Assembly: GCA_964016885.1 (NCBI GenBank)
Contig: OZ024741.1
Location: forward strand, 249,860,001-249,924,000
Reading direction: 5' to 3'
Length of the DNA: 64,000 bases
Origin: Eledone cirrhosa
Lineage: Eukaryota
Under the pieces are notes generated by a model. It ran no database searches and had not been told where the DNA came from. It saw nothing but the letters and a program-made list of their open reading frames with translations. Position 1 is the first letter of the stretch. Every line of letters starts with the position of its first letter. This document shows positions 24,901-39,800 of this stretch, piece after piece. The translations under genes were made by a program, and so were the position numbers.

Positions 24901-27900
24901 AATCAGGCGGAGATAATTTGTAAAAAAATCAAGGGGAGATAATTTCCAGCCGTCCAAGGGGAGATAATTTTCAGCCGTCCAAGGAGAGGTAATTTCTAGC
25001 CGTCCAAGGGGAGATAATTTCCAGCCGTCCAAGGGGAGATAATTTTTTTAAAAAAATCAGGCGGAGATAATTTGTAAACAAAAATCAGGGGGAGATAATT
25101 TGTAAAAAAAAATCAGGGGGAGATAATTTGTAAAAAAAATCAGGGGGAGATAATTTGTAAAAAAAATCAAGGGGAGATAATTTGTAAAAAAAAATCAGGG
25201 GTAGATAATTTGTAAAAAAAAATCAGGGGGAGATAATTTGTAAAAAAAAAATCAGGGGGAGATAATTTGTAAAAAAATCAAGGGGAGATAATTTCCAGCC
25301 GTCCAAGGGGAGATAATTTTAAGCCGTCCAAGGAGAGGTAATTTCTAGCCGTCCAAGGGGAGATAATTTCCAGCCAGCCAAGGGGAGATAATTTGTAAAA
25401 AAATCAGGGGTAGATAATTTGTAAAAAAAAATCAGGGGGAGATAATTTGTAAAAAAAATCAGGGGGAGATAATTTGTAAAAAAAATCAGGGGTAGATAAT
25501 TTCCAGCCGTCCAAGGGGAGATAATTTCCATCCTTCCAAGGGGAGATAATTTCCAGCCGTCCAAGGGGAGATAATTTCCCGCCAGCCAAGGAGAGATAAC
25601 ATTTAAAAAAATCAGGCGGAGATAATTTGTAAAAAAAATCAGGGGGAGATAATTTGTAAAAAAATCAGGGGGAGATAATTTGTAAAAAAAATCAGGGGTA
25701 GATAATTTCCAGCCGTCCAAGGGGAGATAATTTCCATCCTTCCAAGGGGAGATAATTTCCAGCCGTCCAAGGGGAGATAATTTCCCGCCAGCCAAGGAGA
25801 GATAATATTTAAAAAAATCAGGCGGAGATAATTTGTAAAAAAAATCAGGGGGAGATAATTTGTAAAAAAATCAGGGGGAGATAATTTGTAAAAAAAAATC
25901 AGGGGAGATAATTTGTAAAAAAAATCAGGGGGTGATAATTTGTAAAAAAAATCAGGGGTAGATAATTTGTAAAAAAAAATCAGGGGGAGTTAATTTGTAA
26001 AAAAAAAATCAGGGGGAGATAATTTGTAAAAAAATCAAGGGGAGATAATTTCCAACCGTCCAAGGGGAGATAATTTTCAGCCGTCCAAGGAGGTAATTTC
26101 TAGCCGTCCAAGGGGAGATAATTTCCAGCCGTCCAAGGGGAGATAATTTTTTTAAAAAAATCAGGCGGAGATAATTTGTAAACAAAAATCAGGGGAGATA
26201 ATTTGTAAAAAAAAATCAGGGGGAGATAATTTGTAAAAAAATCAAGGGGAGATAATTTCCAGCCGTCCAAGGGGAGGTAATATCTAGCCATCCAAAGGGA
26301 GATAATTTCCAGCCGTCCAAGGGGAGATAATTTCCAGCCGTCCAAGGGGAGATAATATCCAGCCGTCCAAGGAGACATATTTTCCAGCCGTCCAAGGAGA
26401 GGTAATTTCTAGCCGTCCAAGGGGAGATAAGTTCCAGCCTCCAAGGGGAGATAATTTCCAGCCAGCCAAGGGGAGATAATTTGTAAAAAAATCAGGGGGA
26501 GATAATTTGTAAAAAAAAAATCAGGGGGAGATAATTTGTAAAAAAATCAGGGGGAGATAATTTGTAAAAAAAAAATCAGGGGGAGATAATTTGTAAAAAA
26601 AATCAGGGGGAGATAATTTGTAGAAAAAATCAGGGGTTGATAATTTGTAAAAAAAATCAGGGGGAGATAATTTGTAAAAAAAATCAGGGGGAGATAATTT
26701 GTAAAAGAAATCAGGGGTAGATAATTTTCAGTCGTCCAAGGGGAGATAATTTCCATCCTTCCAAGGGGAGATAATTTCCAGCCGTCCAAGGGGAGATAAT
26801 TTCCCGCCAGCCAAGGAGAGATAACATTTAAAAAAATCAGGCGGAGATAATTTGTAAAAAAAATCAGGGGGAGATAATTTGTAAAAAAATCAGGGGGAGA
26901 TAATTTGTAAAAAAAATCAGGGGTAGATAATTTCCAGCCGTCCAAGGGGAGATAATTTCCATCCTTCCAAGGGGAGATAATTTCCAGCCGTCCAAGGGGA
27001 GATAATTTCCCGCCAGCCAAGGAGAGATAATATTTAAAAAAATCAGGCGGAGATAATTTGTAAAAAAAATCAGGGGGAGATAATTTGTAAAAAAATCAGG
27101 GGGAGATAATTTGTAAAAAAAAATCAGGGGGAGATAATTTGTAAAAAAAATCAGGGGGAGATAATTTGTAAAAAAAATCAGGGGTAGATAATTTGTAAAA
27201 AAAAATCAGGGGGAGATAATTTGTAAAAAAAAAATCAGGGGGAGATAATTTGTAAAAAAATCAAGGTGAGATAATTTCCAGCCGTCCAAGGGGAGATAAT
27301 TTTCAGCCGTCCAAGGAGAGGTAATTGCTAGCCGTCCAAGGGGAGATAATTTCCAGCCGTCCAAGGGGAGATAATTTTTTTAAAAAAATCAGGCGGAGAT
27401 AATTTGTAAACAAAAATCAGGGGGAGATAATTTGTAAAAAAAAATCAGGGGGAGATAATTTGTAAAAAAAAATCAGGGGGAGATAATTTGTAAAAAAAAT
27501 CAAGGGGAGATAATTTCCAGCCGTCCAAGGGGAGGTAATATCTAGCCATCCAAGGGGAGATAATTTCCAGCCGTCCAAGGGGAGATAATTTCCAGCCGTC
27601 CAAGGGGAGATAATATCCAGCCGTCCAAGGAGACATATTTTCCAGCCGTCCAAGGAGAGGTAATTTCTAGCCGTCCAAGGGGAGATAAGTTCCAGCCTCC
27701 AAGGGGAGATAATTTCCAGCCAGCCAAGGGGAGATAATTTGTAAAAAAATCAGGGGGAGATAATTTGTAAAAAAAAATCAGGGGGAGATAATTTGTAAAA
27801 AAATCAGGGGGAGATAATTTGTAAAAAAAAAATCAGGGGGAGATAATTTGTAAAAAAAATCAGGGGGAGATAATTTGTAAAAAAATCAGGGGTAGATAAT

Positions 27901-30900
27901 TTGTAAAAAAAATCAGGGGGAGATAATTTGTAAAAAAAATCAGGGGGAGATAATTTGTAAAAAAAATCAGGGGTAGATAATTTTCAGCCGTCCAAGGGGA
28001 GATAATTTCCATCCTTCCAAGGGGAGATAATTTCCAGCCGTCCAAGGGGAGATAATTTCCCGCCAGCCAAGGAGAGATAACATTTAAAAAAATCAGGCGG
28101 AGATAATTTGTAAAAAAATCAGGGGGAGATAATTTATAAAAAAAAATCAGGGGGAGATAATTTGTAAAAAAAATCAGGGGGAGATAATTTGTAAAAAAAA
28201 ATCAGGGGTAGATAATTTGTAAAAAAAAATCAGGGGGAGATAATTTGTAAAAAAAAATCAGGGGGAGATAATTTGTAAAAAAATCAAGGGGAGATAATTT
28301 CCAGCCGTCCAAGGGGAGATAATTTTCAGCCGTCCAAGGAGAGGTAATTTCTAGCCGTCGAAGGGGAGATAATTTCCAGCCGTCCAAGGGGAGATAATTT
28401 TTTTAAAAAAATCAGGCGGAGATAATTTGTAAACAAAAATCAGGGGGAGATAATTTGTAAAAAAAAATCAGGGGGAGATAATTTGTAAAAAAAAATCAGG
28501 GGGAGATGATTTGTAAAAAAAATCAAGGGGAGATAATTTCCAGCCGTCCAAGGGGAGGTAATATCTAGCCATCCAAGGGGAGATAATTTCCAGCCGTCCA
28601 AGGGGAGATAATTTCCAGCCGTCCAAGGGGAGATAATATCCAGCCGTCCAAGGAGACATATTTTCCAGCCGTCCAAGGAGACGTAATTTCTAGCCGTCCA
28701 AGGGGAGATAAGTTCCAGCCTCCAAGGGGAGATAATTTCCAGCCAGCCAAGGGGAGATAATTTGTAAAAAAATCAGGGGAGATAATTTGTAAAAAAAATC
28801 AGGGGGAGATAATTTGTAAAAAAAAATCAGGGGTAGATAATTTGTAAAAAAAATCAGGGGGAGATAATTTGTAAAAAAAAAATCAGGGGGAGATAATTTG
28901 TAAAAAAATCAAGGGGAGATAATTTCCAACCGTCCAAGGGGAGATAATTTTCAGCCGTCCAAGGAGGTAATTTCTAGCCGTCCAAGGGGAGATAATTTCC
29001 AGCCGTCAAAGGGGAGATAATTTTTTTAAAAAAATCAGGCGGAGATATTTTGTAAACAAAAATCAGGGGGAGATAATTTGTAAAAAAAAATCAGGGGGAG
29101 ATAATTTGTAAAAAAAATCAGGGGGAGATAATTTGTAAAAAAAATCAAGGGGAGATAATTTCCAGCCGTCCAAGGGGAGGTAATATCTAGCCATCCAAAG
29201 GGAGATAATTTCCAGCCGTCCAAGGGGAGATAATTTCCAGCCGTCCAAGGGGAGATAATATCCAGCCGTCCAAGGAGACATATTTTCCAGCCGTCCAAGG
29301 AGAGGTAATTTCTAGCCGTCCAAGGGGAGATAAGTTCCAGCCTCCAAGGGGAGATAATTTCCAGCCAGCCAAGGGGAGATAATTTGTAAAAAAATCAGGG
29401 GGAGATAATTTGTAAAAAAAAAATCAGGGGGAGATAATTTGTAAAAAAATCAGGGGGAGATAATTTGTAAAAAAAAAATCAGGGGGATATAATTTGTAAA
29501 AAAAATCAGGGGGAGATAATTTGTAGAAAAAATCAGGGGTAGATAATTTGTAAAAAAAATCAGGGGGAGATAATTTGTAAAAAAAATCAGGGGGAGATAA
29601 TTTGTAAAAAAAATCAGGGGTAGATAATTTTCAGCCGTCCAAGGGGAGATAATTTCCATCCTTCCAAGGGGAGATAATTTCCAGCCGTCCAAGGGGAGAT
29701 AATTTCCCGCCAGCCAAGGAGAGATAACATTTAAAAAAATCAGGCGGAGATAATTTGTAAAAAAAATCAGGGGGAGATAATTTGTAAAAAAATCAGGGGG
29801 AGATAATTTGTAAAAAAAATCAGGGGTAGATAATTTCCAGCCGTCCAAGGGGAGATAATTTCCATCCTTCCAAGGGGAGATAATTTCCAGCCGTCCAAGG
29901 GGAGATAATTTCCCGCCAGCCAAGGAGAGATAACATTTAAAAAAATCAGGCGGAGATAATTTGTAAAAAAAATCAGGGGGAGATAATTTGTAAAAAAATC
30001 AGGGGGAGATAATTTGTAAAAAAAATCAGGGGTAGATAATTTCCAGCCGTCCAAGGGGAGATAATTTCCATCCTTCCAAGGGGAGATAATTTCCAGCCGT
30101 CCAAGGGGAGATAATTTCCCGCCAGCCAAGGAGAGATAATATTTAAAAAAATCAGGCGGAGATAATTTGTAAAAAAAATCAGGGGGAGATAATTTGTAAA
30201 AAAATCAGGGGGAGATAATTTGTAAAAAAAAATCAGGGGAGATAATTTGTAAAAAAAATCAGGGGGAGATAATTTGTAAAAAAAAATCAGGGGTAGATAA
30301 TTTGTAAAAAAAAATCAGGGGGAGATAATTTGTAAAAAAAAAATCAGGGGGAGATAATTTGTAAAAAAATCAAGGGGAGATAATTTCCAGCCGTCCAAGG
30401 GGAGATAATTTTCAGCCGTCCAAGGAGGTAATTTCTAGCCGTCCAAGGGGAGATAATTTCCAGCCGTCCAAGGGGAGATAATTTTTTTAAAAAAATCAGG
30501 CGGAGATAATTTGTAAACAAAAATCAGGGGGAGATAATTTGTAAAAAAAAATCAGGGGGAGATAATTTGTAAAAAAAAATCAGGGGGAGATAAATTGTAA
30601 AAAAAATCAAGGGGAGATAATTTCCAGCCGTCCAAGGGGAGGTAATATCTAGCCATCCAAGGGGAGATAATTTCCAGCCGTCCAAGGGGAGATAATTTCC
30701 AGCCGTCCAAGGGGAGATAATATCCAGCCGTCCAAGGAGACATATTTTCCAGCCGTCCAAGGAGAGGTAATTTCTAGCCGTCCAAGGGGAGATAAGTTCC
30801 AGCCTCCAAGGGGAGATAATTTCCAGCCAGCCAAGGGGAGATAATTTGTAAAAAAATCAGGGGGAGATAATTTGTAAAAAAAAATCAGGGGGAGATAATT

Positions 30901-33900
30901 TGTAAAAAAATCAGGGGGAGATAATTTGTAAAAAAAAAATCAGGGGGAGATAATTTGTAAAAAAAATCAGGGGGAGATAATTTGTAGAAAAAATCAGGGG
31001 TAGATAATTTGTAAAAAAAATCAGGGGGAGATAATTTGTAAAAAAAATCAGGGGGAGATAATTTGCAAAAAAAATCAGGGGTAGATAATTTTCAGCCGTC
31101 CAAGGGGAGATAATTTCCATCCTTCCAAGGGGAGATAATTTCCAGCCGTCCAAGGGGAGATAATTTCCCGCCAGCCAAGGAGAGATAACATTTAAAAAAA
31201 TCAGGCGGAGATAATTTGTAAAAAAAATCAGGGGGAGATAATTTGTAAAAAAATCAGGGGGAGATAATTTGTAAAAAAAATCAGGGGTAGATAATTTCCA
31301 GCCGTCCAAGGGGAGATAATTTCCATCCTTCCAAGGGGAGATAATTTCCAGCCGTCCAAGGGGAGATAATTTCCCGCCAGCCAAGGAGAGATAATATTTA
31401 AAAAAATCAGGCGGAGATAATTTGTAAAAAAAATCAGGGGGAGATAATTTGTAAAAAAATCAGGGGGAGATAATTTGTAAAAAAAAATCAGGGGGAGATA
31501 ATTTGTAAAAAAAAAATCAGGGGGAGATAATTTGTAAAAAAATCAAGGGGAGATAATTTCCAGCCGTCCAAGGGGAGATAATTTTCAGCCGTCCAAGGAG
31601 AGGTAATTTCTAGCCGTCCAAGGGGAGATAATTTCCAGCCGTCCAAGGGGAGATAATTTTTTTTAAAAAATCAGGCGGAGATAATTTGTAAACAAAAATC
31701 AGGGGGAGATAATTTGTAAAAAAAAATCAGGGGGAGATAATTTGTAAAAAAAAATCAAGGGGAGATAATTTCCAGCCGTCCAAGGGGAGGTAATATCTAG
31801 CCATCCAAGGGGAGATAATTTCCAGCCGTCCAAGGGGAGATATTTTCCAGCCGTCCAAGGAGAGGTAATTTCTAGCCGTCCAAGGGGAGATAAGTTCCTG
31901 CCTCCAAGGGGAGATAATTTCCAGCCAGCCAAGGGGAGATAATTTGTAAAAAAATCAGGGGGAGATAATTTGTAAAAAAAAAATCAGGGGGAGATAATTT
32001 GTAAAAAAATCAGGGGGAGATAATTTGTAAAAAAAAAATCAGGGGGAGATAATTTGTAAAAAAAATCAGGGGGAGATAATTTGTAAAAAAAATCAGGGGT
32101 AGATAATTTGTAAAAAAAATCAGGGGGAGATAATTTGTAAAAAAAATCAGGGGGAGATAATTTGTAAAAAAAATCAGGGGTAGATAATTTTCAGCCCTCC
32201 AAGGGGAGATAATTTCCATCCTTCCAAGGGGAGATAATTTCCAGCCGTCCAAGGGGAGATAATTTCCCGCCAGCCAAGGAGAGATAACATTTAAAAAAAT
32301 CAGGCGGAGATAATTTGTAAAAAAAATCAGGGGGAGATAATTTGTAAAAAAATTAGGGGGAGATAATTTGTAAAAAAAATCAGGGGTAGATAATTTCCAG
32401 CCGTCCAAGGGGAGATAATTTCCATCCTTCCAAGGGGAGATAATTTCCAGCCGTCCAAGGGGAGATAATTTCCCGCCAGCCAAGGAGAGATAATATTTAA
32501 AAAAATCAGGCGGAGATAATTTGTAAAAAAAATCAGGGGGAGATAATTTGTAAAAAAATCAGGGGGAGATAATTTGTAAAAAAAAATCAGGGGGAGATAA
32601 TTTGTAAAAAAAATCAGGGGGAGATAATTTGTAAAAAAAATCAGGGGTAGATAATTTGTAAAAAAAAATCAGGGGGAGATAATTTGTAAAAAAAAATCAG
32701 GGGGAGATAATTTGTAAAAAAATCAAGGGGAGATAATTTCCAGCCGTCCAAGGGGAGATAATTTTCAGCCGTCCAAGGAGAGGTAATTTCTAGCCGTCCA
32801 AGGGGAGATAATTTCCAGCCGTCCAAGGGGAGATAATTTTTTTTAAAAAATCAGGCGGAGATAATTTGTAAACAAAAATCAGGGGGAGATAATTTGTAAA
32901 AAAAAATCAGGGGGAGATAATTTGTAAAAAAAAATCAGGGGGAGATAATTTGTAAAAAAAATCAAGGGGAGATAATTTCCAGCCGTCCAAGGGGAGGTAA
33001 TATCTAGCCATCCAAGGGGAGATAATTTCCAGCCGTCCAAGGGGAGATAATTTCCAGCCGTCCAAGGGGAGATAATATCCAGCCGTCCAAGGAGACATAT
33101 TTTCCAGCCGTCCAAGGAGACGTAATTTCTAGCCGTCCAAGGGGAGATAAGTTCCAGCCTCCAAGGGGAGATAATTTCCAGCCAGCCAAGGGGAGTAATT
33201 TGTAAAAAAATTAGGGGGAGATAATTTGTAAAAAAAAATTAGGGGGAGATAATTTGTAAAAAAAAATCAGGGGGAGATAATTTGTAAAAAAAAATCAGGG
33301 GGAGATAATTTGTAAAAAAAAATCAGGGGGAGATAATTTGTAAAAAAAAAATCAGGCGGAGATAATTTGTAAAAAAATCAAGGGGAGATAATTTCCAGCC
33401 GTCCAAGGGGAGATAATTTTCAGCCGTCCAAGGAGAGGTAATTTCTAGCCGTCCAAGGGGAGATAATTTCCAGCCGTCCAAGGGGAGATAATTTTTTTAA
33501 AAAAATCAGGCGGAGATAATTTGTAAACAAAAATCAGGGGGAGATAATTTGTAAAAAAAAATCAGGGGGAGATAATTTGTAAAAAAAATCAGGGGGAGAT
33601 AATTTGTAAAAAAAATCAAGGGGAGATAATTTGTAAAAAAAAATCAGGGGTAGATAATTTGTAAAAAAAAATCAGGGGGAGATAATTTGTAAAAAAAAAA
33701 TCAGGGGGAGATAATTTGTAAAAAAATCAAGGGGAGATAATTTCCAGCCGTCCAAGGGGAGATAATTTTAAGCCGTCCAAGGAGAGGTAATTTCTAGCCG
33801 TCCAAGGGGAGATAATTTCCAGCCAGCCAAGGGGAGATAATTTGTAAAAAAATCAGGGGTAGATAATTTGTAAAAAAAAATCAGGGGGAGATAATTTGTA

Positions 33901-36830
33901 AAAAAAATCAGGGGGAGATAATTTGTAAAAAAAATCAGGGGTAGATAATTTCCAGCCGTCCAAGGGGAGATAATTTCCATCCTTCCAAGGGGAGATAATT
34001 TCCAGCCGTCCAAGGGGAGACAATTTCCCGCCAGCCAAGGAGAGATAACATTTAAAAAAATCAGGCGGAGATAATTTGTAAAAAAAATCAGGGGGAGATA
34101 ATTTGTAAAAAAATCAGGGGGAGATAATTTGTAAAAAAAATCAGGGGTAGATAATTTCCAGCCGTCCAAGGGGAGATAATTTCCATCCTTCCAAGGGGAG
34201 ATAATTTCCAGCCGTCCAAGGGGAGATAATTTCCCGCCAGCCAAGGAGAGATAATATTTAAAAAAATCAGGCGGAGATAATTTGTAAAAAAAATCAGGGG
34301 GAGATAATTTGTAAAAAAATCAGGGGGAGATAATTTGTAAAAAAAAATCAGGGGAGATAATTTGTAAAAAAAATCAGGGGGTGATAATTTGTAAAAAAAA
34401 TCAGGGGTAGATAATTTGTAAAAAAAAATCAGGGGGAGATAATTTGTAAAAAAAAAATCAGGGGGAGATAATTTGTAAAAAAATCAAGGGGAGATAATTT
34501 CCAACCGTCCAAGGGGAGATAATTTTCAGCCGTCCAAGGAGGTAATTTCTAGCCGTCCAAGGGGAGATAATTTCCAGCCGTCCAAGGGGAGATAATTTTT
34601 TTAAAAAAATCAGGCGGAGATAATTTGTAAACAAAAATCAGGGGGAGATAATTTGTAAAAAAAATCAGGGGGAGATAATTTGTAAAAAAAATCAAGGGGA
34701 GATAATTTCCAGCCGTCCAAGGGGAGGTAATATCTAGCCATCCAAAGGGAGATAATTTCCAGCCGTCCAAGGGGAGATAATTTCCAGCCGTCCAAGGGGA
34801 GATAATATCCAGCCGTCCAAGGAGACATATTTTCCAGCCGTCCAAGGAGAGGTAATTTCTAGCCGTCCAAGGGGAGATAAGTTCCAGCCTCCAAGGGGAG
34901 ATAATTTCCAGCCAGCCAAGGGGAGATAATTTGTAAAAAAATCAGGGGGAGATAATTTGTAAAAAAAAAATCAGGGGGAGATAATTTGTAAAAAAATCAG
35001 GGGGAGATAATTTGTAAAAAAAAAATCAGGGGGAGATAATTTGTAAAAAAAAATCAGGGGGAGATAATTTGTAGAAAAAATCAGGGGTAGATAATTTGTA
35101 AAAAAAATCAGGGGGAGATAATTTGTAAAAAAAATCAGGGGGAGATAATTTGTAAAAAAAATCAGGGGTAGATAATTTTCAGCCGTCCAAGGGGAGATAA
35201 TTTCCATCCTTCCAAGGGGAGATAATTTCCAGCCGTCCAAGGGGAGATAATTTCCCGCCAGCCAAGGAGAGATAACATTTAAAAAAATCAGGCGGAGATA
35301 ATTTGTAAAAAAAATCAGGGGGAGATAATTTGTAAAAAAATCAGGGGGAGATAATTTGTAAAAAAAAATCAGGGGTAGATAATTTCCAGCCGTCCAAGGG
35401 GAGATAATTTCCATCCTTCCAAGGGGAGATAATTTCCAGCCGTCCAAGGGGAGATAATTTCCCGCCAGCCAAGGAGAGATAATATTTAAAAAAATCAGGC
35501 GGAGATAATTTGTAAAAAAAATCAGGGGGAGATAATTTGTAAAAAAATCAGGGGGAGATAATTTGTAAAAAAAAATCAGGGGAGATAATTTGTAAAAAAA
35601 ATCAGGGGGAGATAATTTGTAAAAAAAAATCAGGGGTAGATAATTTGTAAAAAAAAATCAGGGGGAGATAATTTGTAAAAAAAAAATCAGGGGGAGATAA
35701 TTTGTAAAAAAATCAAGGGGAGATAATTTCCAGCCGTCCAAGGGGAGATAATTTTCAGCCGTCCAAGGAGGTAATTTCTAGCCGTCCAAGGGGAGATAAT
35801 TTCCAGCCGTCCAAGGGGAGATAATTTTTTTAAAAAAATCAGGCGGTGATAATTTGTAAACAAAAATCAGGGGGAGATAATTTGTAAAAAAAAATCAGGG
35901 GGAGATAATTTGTAAAAAAAAATCAGGGGGAGATAATTTGTAAAAAAAATCAAGGGGAGATAATTTCCAGCCGTCCAAGGGGAGGTAATATCTAGCCATC
36001 CAAGGGGAGATAATTTCCAGCCGTCCAAGGGGAGATAATTTCCAGCCGTCAAAGGGGAGATAATATCCAGCCGTCCAAGGAGACATATTTTCCAGCCGTC
36101 CAAGGAGAGGTAATTTCTAGCCGTCCAAGGGGAGATAAGTTCCAGCCTCCAAGGGGAGATAATTTCCAGCCAGCCAAGGGGAGATAATTTGTAAAAAAAT
36201 CAGGGGGAGATAATTTGTAAAAAAAAATCAGGGGGAGATAATTTGTAAAAAAATCAGGGGGAGATAATTTGTAAAAAAAAAATCAGGGGGAGATAATTTG
36301 TAAAAAAAATCAGGGGGAGATAATTTGTAGAAAAAATCAGGGGTAGATAATTTGTAAAAAAAATCAGGGGGAGATAATTTGTAAAAAAAATCAGGGGGAG
36401 ATAATTTGTAAAAAAAATCAGGGGTAGATAATTTTCAGCCGTCCAAGGGGAGATAATTTCCATCCTTCCAAGGGGAGATAATTTCCAGCCGTCCAAGGGG
36501 AGATAATTTCCCGCCAGCCAAGGAGAGATAACATTTAAAAAAATCAGGCGGAGATAATTTGTAAAAAAAATCAGGGGGAGATAATTTGTAAAAAAATCAG
36601 GGGGAGATAATTTGTAAAAAAAATCAGGGGTAGATAATTTCCAGCCGTCCAAGGGGAGATAATTTCCATCCTTCCAAGGGGAGATAATTTCCAGCCGTCC
36701 AAGGGGAGATAATTTCCCGCCAGCCAAGGAGAGATAATATTTAAAAAAATCAGGCGGAGATAATTTGTAAAAAAAATCAGGGGGAGATAATTTGTAAACA
36801 AAAATCAGGGGGAGATAATTTGTAAAAAAA
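18970..36830 (+). repeat. Copy 2 of the ~17.85 kb tandem super-repeat
   Basis: It shares private variants with copy 1, e.g. GGGCAGATACTT, GGTGTAGAT, GGGGTTGAT, GAGATGATTT, GGGATATAAT, TTTGCAAAA and GAGACAATTT. The match ends near 36.9 kb, where the next X block differs. Confidence 0.95.
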
Positions 36831-39800
36831 ATCAGGCGGAGATAATTTGTAAACAAAAATCAGGGGGAGATAATTTGTAAAAAAAAATCAGGGGGAGATA
36901 ATTTGTAAAAAAAAATCAGGGGGAGATAATTTGTAAAAAAAAATCAAGGGGAGATAATTTCCAGCCGTCCAAGGGGAGGTAATATCTAGCCATCCAAGGG
37001 GAGATAATTTCCAGCCGTCCAAGGGGAGATAATTTCCAGCCGTCCAAGGGGAGATAATATCCAGCCGTCCAAGGAGACATATTTTCCAGCCGTCCAAGGA
37101 GAGGTAATTTCTAGCCGTCCAAGGGGAGATAAGTTCCTGCCTCCAAGGGGAGATAATTTCCAGCCAGCCAAGGGGAGATAATTTGTAAAAAAATCAGGGG
37201 GAGATAATTTGTAAAAAAAAAATCAGGGGGAGATAATTTGTAAAAAAATCAGGGTAAGATAATTTGTAAAAAAAAAATCAGGGGGAGATAATTTGTAAAA
37301 AAAATCAGGGGGAGATAATTTGTAGAAAAAATCAGGGGTAGATAATTTGTAAAAAAAATCAGGGGGAGATAATTTATAAAAAAAATCAGGGGGAGATAAT
37401 TTGTAAAAAAAATCAGGGGTAGATAATTTTCAGCCGTCCAAGGGGAGATAATTTCCATCCTTCCAAGGGGAGATAATTTCCAGCCGTCCAAGGGGAGATA
37501 ATTTCCCGCCAGCCAAGGAGAGATAACATTTAAAAAAATCAGGCGGAGATAATTTGTAAAAAAAATCAGGGGGAGATAATTTGTAAAAAAATCAGGGGGA
37601 GATAATTTGTAAAAAAAATCAGGGGTAGATAATTTCCAGCCGTCCAAGGGGAGATAATTTCCATCCTTCCAAGGGGAGATAATTTCCAGCCGTCCAAGGG
37701 GAGGTAATATCTAGCCATCCAAGGGGAGATAATTTCCAGCCGTCCAAGGGGAGATAATTTCCAGCCGTCCAAGGGGAGATAATATCCAGCCGTCCAAGGA
37801 GACATATTTTCCAGCCGTCCAAGGAGACGTAATTTCTAGCCGTCCAAGGGGAGATAAGTTCCAGCCTCCAAGGGGAGATAATTTCCAGCCAGCCAAGGGG
37901 AGATAATTTGTAAAAAAATTAGGGGGAGATAATTTGTAAATAAAAATTAGGGGGAGATAATTTGTAAAAAAAAATCAGGGGGAGATAATTTGTAAAAAAA
38001 ATCAAGGGGAGATAATTTCCAGCCGTCCAAGGGGAGATAATTTTCAGCCGTCCAAGGAGAGGTAAATTCTAGCCGTCCAAGGAGATATAATTTCCAGCCG
38101 TCCAAGGGGAGATAATTTCCAGCCGTCCAAGGGGAGATAATTTAAAAAAAAAAATCAGGCGGAGATAATTTGTAAACAAAAATCAGGGGGAGATAATTTT
38201 TAAAAAAAAATCAGGGGGAGATAATTTGTAAAAAAAAATCAGGGGGAGATAATTTGTAAAAAAATTCAAGGGGAGATAATTTCCAGCCGTCCAAGGGGAG
38301 GTAATATCTAGCCATCCAAGGGGAGATAATTTCCAGCCGTCCAAGGGGAGATAATATCCAGCCGTCCAAGGGGAGATAATATCCAGCCGTCCAAGGAGAC
38401 ATATTTTCCAGCCGTCCAAGGAGAGGTAATTTCTAGCCGTCCAAGGGGAGATAAGTTCCAGCCTCCAAGGGGAGATAATTTCCAGCTAGCCAAGGGGAGA
38501 TAATTTGTAAAAAAATCAGGGGGGAGATAATTTGTAAAAAAAATCAGGGGGAGATAATTTGTAAAAAATATCAAGGGGAGATAATTTCCAGCCCTCCAAG
38601 GGGCTATAATTTCCAGCCGTGCAAGGGGAGATAATTTCCAGCCGTCCAAGGGGAGATAATTTCCATCCTTCCAAGGGGAGATAATTTCCAGCCGTCCAAG
38701 GGGAGATAATTTCCCGCCAGCCAAGGGAAGATAATTTTTTAAAAAATCAGGCGGAGATTGTAAAAAAAATCAGGGGGAGATAATTTGTAAAAAAATCAGG
38801 GGGAGATAATTTGTAAAAAAAAAATCAGGGGGAGATAATTTGTAAAAAAAAATCAGGGGGAGCTAATTTGTAAAAAAAATCAGGGGGAGATAATTTGTAA
38901 AAAAAAATCAGGGGGAGATAATTTGTAAAAAAAAAATCAGGGGGAGATAATTTGTAAAAAAATCAAGGGGAGATAATTTCCAGCCGTCCAAGGGGAGATA
39001 ATTTTCAGCCGTCCAAGGAGGTAATTTCTAGCCGTCCAAGGGGAGATAATTTCCAGCCGTCCAAGGGGAGATAATTTTTTTAAAAAAATCAGGCGGAGAT
39101 AATTTGTAAACAAAAATCAGGGGGAGATAATTTGTAAAAAAAAATCAGGGGGAGATAATTTGTAAAAAAAAATCAGGGGTAGATAATTTGTAAAAAAAAT
39201 CAAGGGGAGATAATTTCCAGCCGTCCAAGGGGAGGTAATATCTAGCCATCCAAGGGGAGATAATTTCCAGCCGTCCAAGGGGAGATAATTTCCAGCCGTC
39301 CAAGGGGAGATAATATCCAGCCGTCCAAGGAGACATATTTTCCAGCCGTCCAAGGAGAGGTAATTTCTAGCCGTCCAAGGGGAGATAAGTTCCAGCCTCC
39401 AAGGGGAGATAATTTCCAGCCAGCCAAGGGGAGATAATTTGTAAAAAAATCAGGGGGAGATAATTTGTAAAAAAAATCAGGGGGAGATAATTTGTAAAAA
39501 AATCAGGGGGAGATAATTTCTAAAAAAAAAATCAGGGGGAGATAATTTGTAAAAAAAATCAGGGGGAGATAATTTGTAGAAAAAATCAGGGGTAGATAAT
39601 TTGTAAAAAAAATCAGGGGGAGATAATTTGTAAAAAAAATCAGGGGGAGATAATTTGTAAAAAAAATCAGGGGTAGATAATTTTCAGCCGTCCAAGGGGA
39701 GATAATTTCCATCCTTCCAAGGGGAGATAATTTCCAGCCGTCCAAGGGGAGATAATTTCCCGCCAGCCAAGGAGAGATAACATTTAAAAAAATCAGGCGG

